This document shows, one piece after another, positions 1-9,744 of a stretch of 64,000 nt of DNA (positions are counted from its first letter, which is position 1; every line of letters begins with the position of its first letter). The position numbers and the translations under genes are program-made. A model generated the notes under the pieces. It had not been told where the DNA came from. It did not search any database and worked only from the letters and a program-made list of their open reading frames with translations. The DNA is taken from positions 4,160,001-4,224,000 of the forward strand of contig CBDETY010000003.1 of the NCBI GenBank assembly GCA_965243025.1, in the 5' to 3' direction. This DNA comes from Candidatus Latescibacterota bacterium. Lineage in GTDB: Bacteria; Latescibacterota; UBA2968; UBA8231.

Positions 1-2
1 AG

Positions 3-245
3 TTCCCGCAGCGGGAAATTCCGATCGTCAACCACTGGCAGCACTTCCACCGCGGCACCTTCGTCACCGGCATCGAGCCGGGCAACTGCAGCGTCCTCGG
101 GCGCGCCTGGAACAGGAAGCACCAGACCCTGGAGCATATCGAGCCCGGGGCGGTGCGCGACTTTCACATCGAGATCGGAGTCCTCGACGGCATGCGGGAA
201 ATCGAGGCTTTCGAGCGCGCGGTGGCTGAGGGGGTCCAGGGGTAA
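3..245 (+). CDS. C-terminal part of aldose 1-epimerase-like (DUF4432-type) protein; 5' end outside window
   Basis: Manual translation FPQREIPIVNHWQHFHRGTFVTGIEPGNCSVLGRAWNRKHQTLEHIEPGAVRDFHIEIGVLDG...; the W..F..G.FVTGIEP.N..V.GR pattern is typical of this family; TAA at 243-245. Confidence 0.65.
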   Translation, partial: FPQREIPIVNHWQHFHRGTFVTGIEPGNCSVLGRAWNRKHQTLEHIEPGAVRDFHIEIGVLDGMREIEAFERAVAEGVQG

Positions 246-249
246 GCGG

Positions 250-1485
250 TCAGCCGGACCAGGTGATCCGGTAGATCAGGCCGGCCTGGTCGTCGGAGAG
301 CAGCAGCGAGCCGTCGGGCATGACGAGGAGGTCGACCGGCCTCCCCCAGTTCGACTCCCCCTGCAGCCAGCCCTCCGCGAAAGGCTCGTAGGAAGCCCCG
401 CCGCCGGCGTCGAGGCGCACCAGGGTGACGCGGTAGCCGATCTTGTTGCTGCGGTTCCAGGAGCCGTGCTCGGCGATGAAGATCTGGTTGCGGTACTCCT
501 GCGGGAACATGTCCCCTGTATAGAAGCGCATTCCGAGGGCGGCCACGTGCGGGCCGAGCTCCCGGACCGGAGGGACGAACTCGCCGCAGGGGCGCCGGTC
601 TCCGAACTGCGGATCGGCGATGCCGGCGCCGTGGCAGTAGGGATAGCCGAAGTGCTGCCCCGATGCGCTCAGCCGGTTCAGCTCGTCCGGCGGCTCATCG
701 TCCCCCATCCAGTCCCTGCCGTTTTCCGTGAACCACAGTTCCCCCGTCTGCGGGTGCCAGTCGAAGCCGACGGAGTTGCGCACCCCCCGCGCCACGACTT
801 CGAAGCCCCCGGTGGAGGGATCGAGCTTTCCGATCGACGCGTAGGGATCTTCGGAGAGGCATATGTTGCAAGGCGCGCCGACCGGCACGTACAGCATGCC
901 GTCCGGGCCGAAGCGGATGAACTTCCAGCCGTGGGCCCTGTCGGTCGGGAACGCGTCGCTGACGATCTCCGGCTGCGGCGGGTCGTCGAGGCGCTCCTCG
1001 ATGCCGCGGTAACGCAGGATGCGGCTTATTTCGGCAACGTAGAGATCCCCGTCCCTGAAGGCGACGCCGTTCGGCGTGTTCAGGCCGCGGGCGATGGTGA
1101 CCACCCGCTCCGCCTTGTGGTCGCCGTCCTCGTCGCGCAGGGCGAAGACCACGCCGCGGCCGCCGAACTGGGTGCCGACGAACAGGGTGCCGCCGCTGCC
1201 CAGGCTCAGGGAGCGGGCGCCGCGAACCTCCTCGGCGTACACGCGGATGCGGAACCCTTGCGGAAGCTCGATCTGCTTCAGCCGAGGGTCTCCTGGGAGA
1301 TCCTCTCCAACTCCCTCCTCATCCGCCCCGGACGCCGCTTCTTCTGCCGCGGTCCGCACCGCGGCGACGACCTGGGCGGCATGGGGCCGCTCGCTTCCCG
1401 AGCAGCCTGCGGCGAGCCCTCCCAGCAGGAAGCAGATCAGCGCCTGCTGCCTCCATGCGGCACCGCTGGTTCGCTTACACATCAC
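250..1485 (-). CDS. PQQ-dependent sugar/sorbosone dehydrogenase family lipoprotein
   Basis: Lipobox LAAGC; motifs HGWKFIRFGPDG, VPVGAPCNIC, GVRNSVGFDWHP, AEHGSWNR, GRPVD. Confidence 0.9.
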   Translation of the reverse strand: MMCKRTSGAAWRQQALICFLLGGLAAGCSGSERPHAAQVVAAVRTAAEEAASGADEEGVGEDLPGDPRLKQIELPQGFRIRVYAEEVRGARSLSLGSGGTLFVGTQFGGRGVVFALRDEDGDHKAERVVTIARGLNTPNGVAFRDGDLYVAEISRILRYRGIEERLDDPPQPEIVSDAFPTDRAHGWKFIRFGPDGMLYVPVGAPCNICLSEDPYASIGKLDPSTGGFEVVARGVRNSVGFDWHPQTGELWFTENGRDWMGDDEPPDELNRLSASGQHFGYPYCHGAGIADPQFGDRRPCGEFVPPVRELGPHVAALGMRFYTGDMFPQEYRNQIFIAEHGSWNRSNKIGYRVTLVRLDAGGGASYEPFAEGWLQGESNWGRPVDLLVMPDGSLLLSDDQAGLIYRITWSG

Positions 1486-2677
1486 TCCTCTCCTTCTCTC
1501 GCGCTCGGGCCCCCCCCTGCTCCCTGTCGAGGATCTCCCGGTAGCAGCGCTGCAGCCGCCTCGAGGTGGCGGTCTCGGTGTATTTGCCGAGCACCCGCTG
1601 CTGCGCCGCCCGTCCCATCCGCCGCCTCAGCCCGCCGTCCTGCAGCAGGCGCTCGACGCCAACGAGGAAGCGGTCGACGTCCCGCAGCGGGAACAGCAGC
1701 CCGGTGACTCCGTCTTCGACCACCTCACGGGTGCCCCGTATGTCCGTCGCCACCCCCGGAAGCCCCATGGCCGCGGCCTCCATCAGCGCCCGGGGGATCC
1801 CCTCGCGGTGGGAGGGCAGAACGGCGACATCCATCGCCAGGTAGAGCTCGGGCATGTCGCGGCGCCGGTCGAGGAGCACGCATTTCCCGTCGAGACCGTG
1901 CTGCCGCGCCAGGAGGCCGGGATCGACGGCGTCCGACTGCTCCGGTTCGGCGATCCCGACGTTTAGGAAGCGCACATCCTCCCGCGCCCTTGCGAGCCTG
2001 CCGGCCATCTCGAAGAACTCCCTGTACCCCTTCTCCTCCACGAGGCGCCCGACCATGCCGACGACGAGGTCGGCCTCTCCCAGCCCAAGCTCCGCCCGCT
2101 TCCCGCGGCGCGCGTCCGGGTACAGCCGCGGGTCGAAGCGGGTCTCGTCGATGCCGTTCCCCTCCAGATGCAGCCTGTCCCCGGCCTTGAACCTGTGGTC
2201 GCGGGCGTAGGCGAAATCCTCTTCGCTCTGGAACAGCAAATGGTCGCACCAGGCCGCGGTCCAGCGCTCGGCGCCGAGGGCCATGCCCCGGCGCATTCCC
2301 GTCGCGTTCTCGTTGAAGAGGAAACCGTGCACGGTATGGAGGACGACCGGCCGGCGCGCCAGTTTCCCGGCGACCGGGCCGAGCAGGCCGCCCTTGGGAT
2401 TGTGGGAGTGCACGATGTCGTAACCTCCCCGGCGGATGACCCTGTACATCGCCAGGGCGCAGCGCGCGTCCGTGAGCGGGGCGATTTCACGCGCGAACGG
2501 AACGTGAATGACCTCCAGCCCCTGTTTTCTCAGTTCTTCCCCCCAGGTTCCCTCGGGAGAGCGGCCGCAGATTACGCTGACCTCGTACCCGGCGTCGCGC
2601 AGGTGGAGGAGCCGGGTCCGCATCATAAGGCAGGCGATGCGGTCCGTCGGGGTTATGTGGGCGACCCGTACGGCCAT
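1475..2677 (-). CDS. Glycosyltransferase family 4 (GT-B)
   Basis: HSHNPKGG, TVHGF, PSHREGIPRALMEAAAMGLP (E-x7-E motif). Confidence 0.9.
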   Translation of the reverse strand: MAVRVAHITPTDRIACLMMRTRLLHLRDAGYEVSVICGRSPEGTWGEELRKQGLEVIHVPFAREIAPLTDARCALAMYRVIRRGGYDIVHSHNPKGGLLGPVAGKLARRPVVLHTVHGFLFNENATGMRRGMALGAERWTAAWCDHLLFQSEEDFAYARDHRFKAGDRLHLEGNGIDETRFDPRLYPDARRGKRAELGLGEADLVVGMVGRLVEEKGYREFFEMAGRLARAREDVRFLNVGIAEPEQSDAVDPGLLARQHGLDGKCVLLDRRRDMPELYLAMDVAVLPSHREGIPRALMEAAAMGLPGVATDIRGTREVVEDGVTGLLFPLRDVDRFLVGVERLLQDGGLRRRMGRAAQQRVLGKYTETATSRRLQRCYREILDREQGGARAREKERSDV

Positions 2678-2682
2678 CTCCC

Positions 2683-3519
2683 CTACAGTCCCGCCCGCGA
2701 CCGGACCTTGCGCAGCGACGCTATCGTCTCGGCGCAGGCCTCCCCGGGGGGAAGACTCCCGACCCGCTCGCTGAATGGCTCAGCCATCACGGGGCCGTCG
2801 TACCCGATTTCGTCCAGGGCCCCGAGAAAGGCGGCGATGTCGATGACGCCGGTTTCCCCCGGCATGGCGCGGACGTGGTCTACCTGGGCTTCAACCGGAA
2901 GATCGGGGGCATCGTTGACGTGCACGTCGACGACCGTCTCCGCGGTCAGGGCGCCCAGGTCCGCCGCGGTTTCGCGGGCGGTGTGCCAGTGCCACGAGTC
3001 GGCGAGCAGACCGGCGTTGACGCCGACCGCTTCGCACAGCTCGAGGGTCTGGGCCATCGTGTGCACGAAGGGGTGCTTCCTGCCGGCCCTCGTGGTGTCG
3101 GGGGCGACGTACTCGAGACCGAAGCGGATGCCGCGGTCGGCGAGAATCGCCGCCGCCGGCTTCAGGCGGTCGCGGTGAAAGGCGAAGTTGTCGCCGAACG
3201 GCAGTTCGTCCGACCAGGGAAGGAGCCAGGTCGCCGTCCGCTGCACCCCGAGCTGTTCGGCCGCGGCGGCCAGCTCCGGCAGGCGCTCCATGCCGCTTTC
3301 GTACTCCGGGTCGCCGCCGCGGAAGTCGACGGGAAACCCGAAAGCCGAAAGCCGCACGCCCGTCTCCGCGCTCAGGTCGCGCACCCGGCCGGCACCGAGA
3401 CCGGCCGCCTCGGCGATGTTGAAGTGCAGGCCGTCGAACCCGTGCGCGGCCGCCAGCCGCAGCCCCTCCTCGAGGGTGGCGGTCACGCCGATGGCGCCGG
3501 GGCTCAGGGAGGTGAACAT
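2683..3519 (-). CDS. Sugar phosphate isomerase/epimerase (xylose-isomerase-like TIM barrel)
   Basis: Start re-set to ATG MFTSLSPGAIG; metal ligands in FGLEY, DSWHWH, HVNDAP; R.MPGETGVID; AEPF. Confidence 0.85.
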   Translation of the reverse strand: MFTSLSPGAIGVTATLEEGLRLAAAHGFDGLHFNIAEAAGLGAGRVRDLSAETGVRLSAFGFPVDFRGGDPEYESGMERLPELAAAAEQLGVQRTATWLLPWSDELPFGDNFAFHRDRLKPAAAILADRGIRFGLEYVAPDTTRAGRKHPFVHTMAQTLELCEAVGVNAGLLADSWHWHTARETAADLGALTAETVVDVHVNDAPDLPVEAQVDHVRAMPGETGVIDIAAFLGALDEIGYDGPVMAEPFSERVGSLPPGEACAETIASLRKVRSRAGL

Positions 3520-4487
3520 GGTCGCGCCGCGGCGTTGTTCCGCGGCTCCCCCGCGAGGAAGGCGAGCACGTTGTCGACCGCCCCTTCGTTCAGCAGCTCG
3601 GCGCCCTCGGGAGTCTGGTCGGCCGCGTGGGGGGTGAAGACCACCTGCTCGCACTTCTTGACCGGGTGGTCGGCGACGAACGGCTCCTCCTCGAAGACAT
3701 CGAGCCCGGCGCCGCCGAGGTGGCCGGAGGCGAGGACCTCGGCGAGGGCGTCGAGATCGAGCACGGCGCCGCGCGCCCCGTTGAGGACCACGGCGTCCGC
3801 TTTCATCGCCCGCAACTCATCCCTGCCGATCAGTCCGCGCGTGTCGTCGCTGAGAGCGGTATGGATGCTGACGTAGTCGGCGCTCTCGAGCAGCTCCGGC
3901 ATCTCGACGAAGCGGACTCCGAGTTTCCCGGCCCGTTCCGGGGAAGGGTTGAAGGTCCAGGCGATCACCTCCATTCCGACGGCGTTGCCCAGGCGCGCCA
4001 TCTCCGCGCCGATGTTCCCGGTGCCGACGATTCCGAGCACCTTCCCCCGGACCGTGAGGTTCATCCGCCGCGTCCAGCGGTTTTCGGCGATCTCCCTCGT
4101 CTGAAACGCCGCCCGCTTGGCCACGGTGAACATCAGCCCGAACATGTGCTCGGCCACGACCGGGGCGGTGCGGCCCGGCTGGTTCGAGACCACGATGTCG
4201 AGTTCCCGGGCGCTGTCGAGATCGATCATGTCCGTCCCGATGGAGCAGGTCGCGATCATCTTCAGCGAGTGCAGGGCGCGCAGCTCGGTCTCGCGCCAGT
4301 CGACGACGCCGCGCGTGTTGATGATGATGTCGAAGCCGTCGGCGCGGGCGATCTTCTCCTCCGACGATCCGGGGCGGTTGTCGTACAGGGTCAGGTCTCC
4401 GTGCGGTTCGAGGCGGGCAAGTTGCGGCGATCCGGCGATCTGCGGGGGGTCGTCGCCGGGGACCAGGATTTTCACGCGATCGGTCAT
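3504..4487 (-). CDS. D-2-hydroxyacid dehydrogenase (phosphoglycerate dehydrogenase-like)
   Basis: Start MTDRVKILV; GIVGTGNIG Rossmann motif, NGARG, LDVFEEEP, FTPHAA. Confidence 0.9.
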   Translation of the reverse strand: MTDRVKILVPGDDPPQIAGSPQLARLEPHGDLTLYDNRPGSSEEKIARADGFDIIINTRGVVDWRETELRALHSLKMIATCSIGTDMIDLDSARELDIVVSNQPGRTAPVVAEHMFGLMFTVAKRAAFQTREIAENRWTRRMNLTVRGKVLGIVGTGNIGAEMARLGNAVGMEVIAWTFNPSPERAGKLGVRFVEMPELLESADYVSIHTALSDDTRGLIGRDELRAMKADAVVLNGARGAVLDLDALAEVLASGHLGGAGLDVFEEEPFVADHPVKKCEQVVFTPHAADQTPEGAELLNEGAVDNVLAFLAGEPRNNAAARPCSPP

Positions 4488-4604
4488 GTCAGAAGGGCTT
4501 TCCGCTGTCGATGTGATCGATTGATGATGCGCAGGGGCTCCAATATATTGCACGCCCTTCGCAGTTGACACCGGGAATTCAGCGTTTCACCGGAGGACGC
4601 GGAA

Positions 4605-5630
4605 GTGCCGAGGGAGTTGTACGCTCCCGCGAGGGAGCAGGTCGCATTCAGGGAGTTCGAGAGCGAGGCGCCGGGGCCCGGGCAGGTTCGCGTCCGCAGT
4701 CTGTTCGGGGCCGCCAAGCACGGCACGGAGATGTCGATTTTCAAGGGGTACGGCAGCGGGCGCGGCTCCTACGACCGCGATCTCCGGATATTCCTGCCCG
4801 CCGGCGGCAGGGAGCCTTATCCCTGCCCTCTCGGCAACATGTGCGTCGGCGAGGTGGCGGAGCTCGGTCCGGGAACGACGCGCCTCGGCCTCGGCGACCG
4901 CGTCTTCTCCCACGGGCCGTTCCGCGAGGAGCACTGCTGGCCGGAGACGGTTCGCCGGCTTCCCGACTGCCTGCCCTGGCAGGCGGCGGTCTGCCTCGAC
5001 CCCGCCGACTTCGCCCTCGGCGCCGTGCGCGACGGCCATGTCCGCCTCGGCGACGCCGTGGCCGTCTTCGGAATGGGGGCGATCGGGCTGATGGTCGTGC
5101 AGTTCGCCCTCCTCGCCGGGGCTCACCCGGTAATCGCCGTCGACCCCCTCGAGCTGCGGCGCTCGGTCGCCCTCGCCTGCGGCGCCGACGCCGCCCTCGA
5201 CCCGGCCGCCTGCGACCCCGGCCTCGAAATCGGGAAGCTGACGGGACAGCGGGGAGCCGACGTCTGCATCGATTACAGCGGCCATCACTCCGGTCTGCAG
5301 GGGGCGCTGCGCAGCGTCGCCTACAACGGAACCGTCGTCGCCGGCGCCTTCCCCGGACCGTATGCCGCCGGCCTCGACCTCGGCGCCGAAGCGCACATGA
5401 ACCGGCCGCGGCTCGTTTTCAGCCGCTCCAACAGCGATCCGAACCCCGACCACCCCAACTGGAACCACGACCGCCTGATCGACGAGGCCTGGCGGCTGCT
5501 GGCCTCCGGCCGGCTCGAGACCGAGGCCGTCGTGCAGCCAGTGGTTCCCTTCGACGACCTGGCCGGGGAGTATCCGAAGATCGCCACCGACCCCGGGGCC
5601 AACGTAAAGCTCGGCGCGTCGTTCGCCTGA
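4605..5630 (+). CDS. Zinc-binding alcohol dehydrogenase (MDR) family oxidoreductase
   Basis: GTG start after GGAGG RBS; KHGTE, YPCPLGN, VFGMGAIG, VDPLELRR. Confidence 0.85.
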   Translation: MPRELYAPAREQVAFREFESEAPGPGQVRVRSLFGAAKHGTEMSIFKGYGSGRGSYDRDLRIFLPAGGREPYPCPLGNMCVGEVAELGPGTTRLGLGDRVFSHGPFREEHCWPETVRRLPDCLPWQAAVCLDPADFALGAVRDGHVRLGDAVAVFGMGAIGLMVVQFALLAGAHPVIAVDPLELRRSVALACGADAALDPAACDPGLEIGKLTGQRGADVCIDYSGHHSGLQGALRSVAYNGTVVAGAFPGPYAAGLDLGAEAHMNRPRLVFSRSNSDPNPDHPNWNHDRLIDEAWRLLASGRLETEAVVQPVVPFDDLAGEYPKIATDPGANVKLGASFA

Positions 5631-5740
5631 GGGCTTTCAAGGACGACTACCCGGGCTCCGGAAGCGGCCATGCTCCCGGGGCGGCCGGTCGCTTCCCCGG
5701 CCCCCCCGCAAACTTCCTCAAACCATCGGCAGGACCGGGA

Positions 5741-6604
5741 ATGCAACTCCTGTTCAACACGATCATGCTGGAGCCGAACCGGTGGACGGCCCCCGGCAGG
5801 CTGACGCGGCCCCTCGAAGCCCTGCTCGAGCCGATTCTCCAGGCCGGCTTCGGCGACCTGGAAATCTGGCAGTACCACATCTCCGGTCTGAGCCGCTCCG
5901 GGGTGGAGGGGCTGGCGGGCAGGATGCGGGATCTCGGCATGCGCGCGGCCGCCGCCGGCGCCTATCCGCGGCTGCATCTTTCCGGGGGCGAAGCACAGGC
6001 GGAGCAGCGGCTGCTCGATACCGTCGCCGACTGCGCCGCCCTGCTCGGGTGCACGACCCTGAAGATCTTTCCCGGCCGCGTCGCCAGCGCCGACGCCGAC
6101 GCCGGGGTGCGCCGGTTGTCGCTGGAGCGCATAAGGCGGCTCGCCGACCGCCTCGGGGAACGCGGAATCGCCCTCACCCTGGAGACTCACGGCGGCACTT
6201 TGTGCGACACCCTCGACGCCACCTGCCGCCTGCTGGAGGAGCTGGGCTCCTGCGACAACGCCGGCATCTGTCTGCAGCCCTTCCCCGGGGACGACACCGG
6301 GAAGGCGGTCGCAGCCTTCGACCGCCTGTCCGACCGCGTTCGCCACCTGCACCTGCAGAACCTGTCGGACGCCGGCGACTTCTGCATGCTCGAGGAGGGT
6401 ACCTGGATCGACTACCGCGCCTTCCTTTCACACGTCCGGGACGCCGCCTTCGAAGGCATCGCCTGCCTCGAGTTCACCGAGGGCATCGCTCCCCCCGGGG
6501 GCGCTCCCCTCGATCCGGGGGAAGTCCTGGGCAATGCGCGCCGCGATCGCGACTTCGTCCTCGAGATCTGGGGGAGAGGCAGCTCCCCGGGGACCGCGAT
6601 TTGA
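5741..6604 (+). CDS. Sugar phosphate isomerase/epimerase (TIM barrel)
   Basis: C-terminal part of the 4565..6604 ORF from MQLLFNTIMLE; LETHGGTLCD, HLHLQN, LEF. Confidence 0.8.
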   Translation: MQLLFNTIMLEPNRWTAPGRLTRPLEALLEPILQAGFGDLEIWQYHISGLSRSGVEGLAGRMRDLGMRAAAAGAYPRLHLSGGEAQAEQRLLDTVADCAALLGCTTLKIFPGRVASADADAGVRRLSLERIRRLADRLGERGIALTLETHGGTLCDTLDATCRLLEELGSCDNAGICLQPFPGDDTGKAVAAFDRLSDRVRHLHLQNLSDAGDFCMLEEGTWIDYRAFLSHVRDAAFEGIACLEFTEGIAPPGGAPLDPGEVLGNARRDRDFVLEIWGRGSSPGTAI

Positions 6605-6683
6605 CTTTGATTCGGCGAAGGAATTCATAATTTCATGGTTTAATCACAAGTTCAGGTTTCCGCGCACATGACGGGAGACCGGC

Positions 6684-8801
6684 GTGGCCACCGACCTGCG
6701 ACGCCCCGAATTCTACATCAACCGCGAGCTCTCCTGGCTCGATTTCAACCGCCGTGTCTTCGAAGAAGCGCGCGACCGGCGCAATCCCCTGCTGGAGCGC
6801 GTGCGCTTCCTCGGGATCGTCGCCGATATCCTCGACGAGTTCTTCGAGGTACGTGTCGCCGGCCTCCTGCAGCTGCGCGACACCGGGGCGGCGGTGAGCG
6901 GAGCCGACGGTCTCAACCCCGACGAGCAGCTGCAGGTGATCTCCGCCAAGGCGCACAAGCTGGTCCGCTCGCACTACGCCTGCTGGAACGAGGAGCTGCT
7001 ACCGGCGCTTTCCGACGAGGGGATCCACCTGCGGGAAGTCCATGACTTCACCGGTGAGCAGCGCGCCTTCATCCAGCGCTACTGGAAGGAAGAGCTGGAA
7101 CCGATCCTCACCCCGATCGCAATCGATCCGGCCCATCCCTTTCCACGCGTCCTCAACAAGGCTCTCTGCCACGGGGTGCTGCTGGAGTCCAACGGCACCA
7201 CCGCGATCGGCGTCGTCACCGTTCCGCGGGTCCTGCCGAGGATTCTTCGGCTGCCCGATACCGACCGCGATTCCGTGCACCTCGTGACTCTCGCCGGCAT
7301 CGTCGCCCACCATCTCAGCGAGCTTTTCGAGGGGTACGAGATGACCGGATGGGCGGCTTTTCGCGTCACCCGCAACAGCGAGCTCTACGTCAACGAGGAA
7401 GAGGCGGACAACCTCCTGGAGGAGATCGCCGAATCCCTGGAGAACCGCCGCAAGGGAGATCCGGTCCGCCTGGAGATCGAAGCGGGCGCCCCCGAGCGCC
7501 TGGTGACTTTCCTGAGGAGGCAGTTCGGGCTCGACGAAGACCAGGTCTACTTCGCCGACGGACCGGTGAATCTCAACCGCGTCGTCACCGTTTACGACGT
7601 CGTCAACCGGCCCGATCTCAAGTTCACCCCGTACACACCGGTCGAGCCCAACCTTCCCAGGGATCCCGACCAGTTCTTCGAGACCCTGCGCTCCCGCGAC
7701 ATCCTCCTCCACCATCCCTACGACTCCTTCAACACCGTCATCGATTTCATCGGCATGGCCGCCTCCGATCCCCGGGTGCTGGCGATCAAGCAGACGCTCT
7801 ACCGGACCGGTGAAGATTCCAAGGTCGTGCAGGCCCTCATCGACGCGGCGGAGCTGGGCAAGGAAGTGACCGCCCTGGTCGAGTTGAAGGCCCGCTTCGA
7901 CGAAAACTCCAACATCGAGTGGGCGAAGCGGCTCGAAGAGTGCGGCGTCCACGTCGTTTACGGGCTGCTCGGCATGAAGACGCACTGCAAGCTGTCGATG
8001 ATCGTCCGGCGGGACGAGGACCGGCTGCGGCGCTACGCCCACATGGGCACGGGGAACTACAACCACCAGACCGCCCGCTTCTACACCGACCTGGGGCTGC
8101 TGACGGCCCGCGAGGATCTCAACAGCGAGGTCGCCGAGGTGTTCAACCTGCTGACCGCCAAGTCGACGGAGAGGTTTCAGAAGCTGCTGGTCGCGCCGAC
8201 GACGCTGCTGAGCGGCATGGTCGAGCGCATTCAACGGGAAGCGGAGTTCGCCGGGCAGGGAAGGCCGGCCCGCATCATCGCCAAGATGAACGGACTCGTG
8301 GACCCGGAGATCATCCGCGAGCTCTACGCGGCCTCGATCGCCGGCGTCGAGATCGACCTGGTGGTCAGGGGAATCTGCTGCCTGCGCCCCGGCATGCTCG
8401 GCATCAGCGAGCACATCCGGGTGTACAGCATCATCGGGCGCTATCTCGAGCACAGCCGCGTGTTCTATTTCCACAACGGCGGCGACGCTGAGATCTGGGC
8501 GGGCAGCGCCGATTGGATGAACCGCAATCTCAGGGGACGGGTCGAGGTGGTCTTTCCGGTAGAGGACCCGGTGCTCAAGGAGCGCCTGTACAAGGAGCTG
8601 CAGCTCTGCCTGAGCGACCGCGTCAAGGCGCGGCTGTTGCAGTCCGATGGTTCCTACCTGCGCCTCGAACCGCTTCCCGGCGAGCAGGTTCTCAGTTTTC
8701 AGGATGCCCTGATGGACATCGCCCGGGGCGGCGAGGTGGAGGTTCCCGGCGGCGGCAAACCCTCCTCGGACGAGGAGGATTCAGACACCCGCGCCACCTG
8801 A
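6684..8801 (+). CDS. ppk1: Polyphosphate kinase 1
   Basis: NRELSWLDFN, LDEFFEVRVAG, HHPYDSF, IKQTLYR, ELKARFDE, KTHCK, LEHSR, GSADWM. Confidence 0.97.
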   Translation: MATDLRRPEFYINRELSWLDFNRRVFEEARDRRNPLLERVRFLGIVADILDEFFEVRVAGLLQLRDTGAAVSGADGLNPDEQLQVISAKAHKLVRSHYACWNEELLPALSDEGIHLREVHDFTGEQRAFIQRYWKEELEPILTPIAIDPAHPFPRVLNKALCHGVLLESNGTTAIGVVTVPRVLPRILRLPDTDRDSVHLVTLAGIVAHHLSELFEGYEMTGWAAFRVTRNSELYVNEEEADNLLEEIAESLENRRKGDPVRLEIEAGAPERLVTFLRRQFGLDEDQVYFADGPVNLNRVVTVYDVVNRPDLKFTPYTPVEPNLPRDPDQFFETLRSRDILLHHPYDSFNTVIDFIGMAASDPRVLAIKQTLYRTGEDSKVVQALIDAAELGKEVTALVELKARFDENSNIEWAKRLEECGVHVVYGLLGMKTHCKLSMIVRRDEDRLRRYAHMGTGNYNHQTARFYTDLGLLTAREDLNSEVAEVFNLLTAKSTERFQKLLVAPTTLLSGMVERIQREAEFAGQGRPARIIAKMNGLVDPEIIRELYAASIAGVEIDLVVRGICCLRPGMLGISEHIRVYSIIGRYLEHSRVFYFHNGGDAEIWAGSADWMNRNLRGRVEVVFPVEDPVLKERLYKELQLCLSDRVKARLLQSDGSYLRLEPLPGEQVLSFQDALMDIARGGEVEVPGGGKPSSDEEDSDTRAT

Positions 8802-8818
8802 CATCCCTCCCTTCAGAA

Positions 8819-9742
8819 CTACGACAGCTGCTCGACGTACTTCCTGGCGACCTTGCACACCATCGTGTAGGCGGGGTCGAAGACGTTCCCCACGTCGTAC
8901 TCCACCACCTGTCCGAGCAGCATGTGAACGGTGCGGGGGGCCATTCCGTAGTCCGTCTGAAGCCACTCGACGAGCTCGGTGGTCGCGTGTTGCAGCGCCT
9001 GGTCGAGGGGCCGGGCATTTCCGACCGCCATCAGGTATTCGTCGTTTTCCGCACGAGGCCAGCCGATCCGCTTGTCCTTGAGGAGATCCGCGGTGAAGGT
9101 GACGTCGAACGAGATCTCTATCCCCGTGCCGACGATCTCGCCGTCTCCCTGGACGGCGTGGCCGTCTCCCAGGTGAAACAGGGCGCCTTCGACGGCAACC
9201 GGGAAGTAGACCTTCACTCCCTGCCGGAACCCCCGGTAATCCATGTTGCCGCCGTGGGTATCCGAGGTGGCGCACGAGATCGCCTGCCGGCGCGGCGGGG
9301 CCACCCCGAAGCAGCCGATCATCGGGTCGAGGTCGAGCTCGATTCCCGTCAACGGCCCCTCGGGAGACATGAGCCGCGCCGTGCCCTTTTCCGTATCCAC
9401 CGCCCATTGGGCGGTACCGTCGCCGAGTCCGTCCCCGAACTGCGGAACGTAGCCGTGATCGAGAACGTTGGGGGCGATGCGCAGGCCGGTGAATCCCGTC
9501 GGCCTGTTGGGCTTCAGCTCGTCCAGGGTGATGACCAGGGTATCCCCGGGCTCGGCCCCGGTGATGTAGAAGGGGCCTGTCTGCGGGTTGCCGCGTTCGG
9601 TCACCGTCGCGCCGCTCGCGTCCCCGCCCCTGGCGTCGACGGTCGTCGTCGACACAGCGTCGCCCGGCGCGATTTCGAGAACCGGCTCGTGGCTCCCTAT
9701 GGCGGTGTGGTAATGGTCGGGGGTGAACTGATGATGGGCCAT
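8819..9742 (-). CDS. Acetamidase/formamidase family protein
   Basis: NPQTGPFYITGAEPGD, HGGNMD, LGDGHAVQGDGE..GTGIE. Confidence 0.9.
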   Translation of the reverse strand: MAHHQFTPDHYHTAIGSHEPVLEIAPGDAVSTTTVDARGGDASGATVTERGNPQTGPFYITGAEPGDTLVITLDELKPNRPTGFTGLRIAPNVLDHGYVPQFGDGLGDGTAQWAVDTEKGTARLMSPEGPLTGIELDLDPMIGCFGVAPPRRQAISCATSDTHGGNMDYRGFRQGVKVYFPVAVEGALFHLGDGHAVQGDGEIVGTGIEISFDVTFTADLLKDKRIGWPRAENDEYLMAVGNARPLDQALQHATTELVEWLQTDYGMAPRTVHMLLGQVVEYDVGNVFDPAYTMVCKVARKYVEQLS

Positions 9743-9744
9743 TG

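Noticed and set aside
4565-5740. N-terminal extension of the 679-aa ORF, and likewise the 927-aa ORF at 16773..19556
   Set aside because: Arg/Pro-rich shadow frames over real genes. The true CDSs start at 5741 and 18114.
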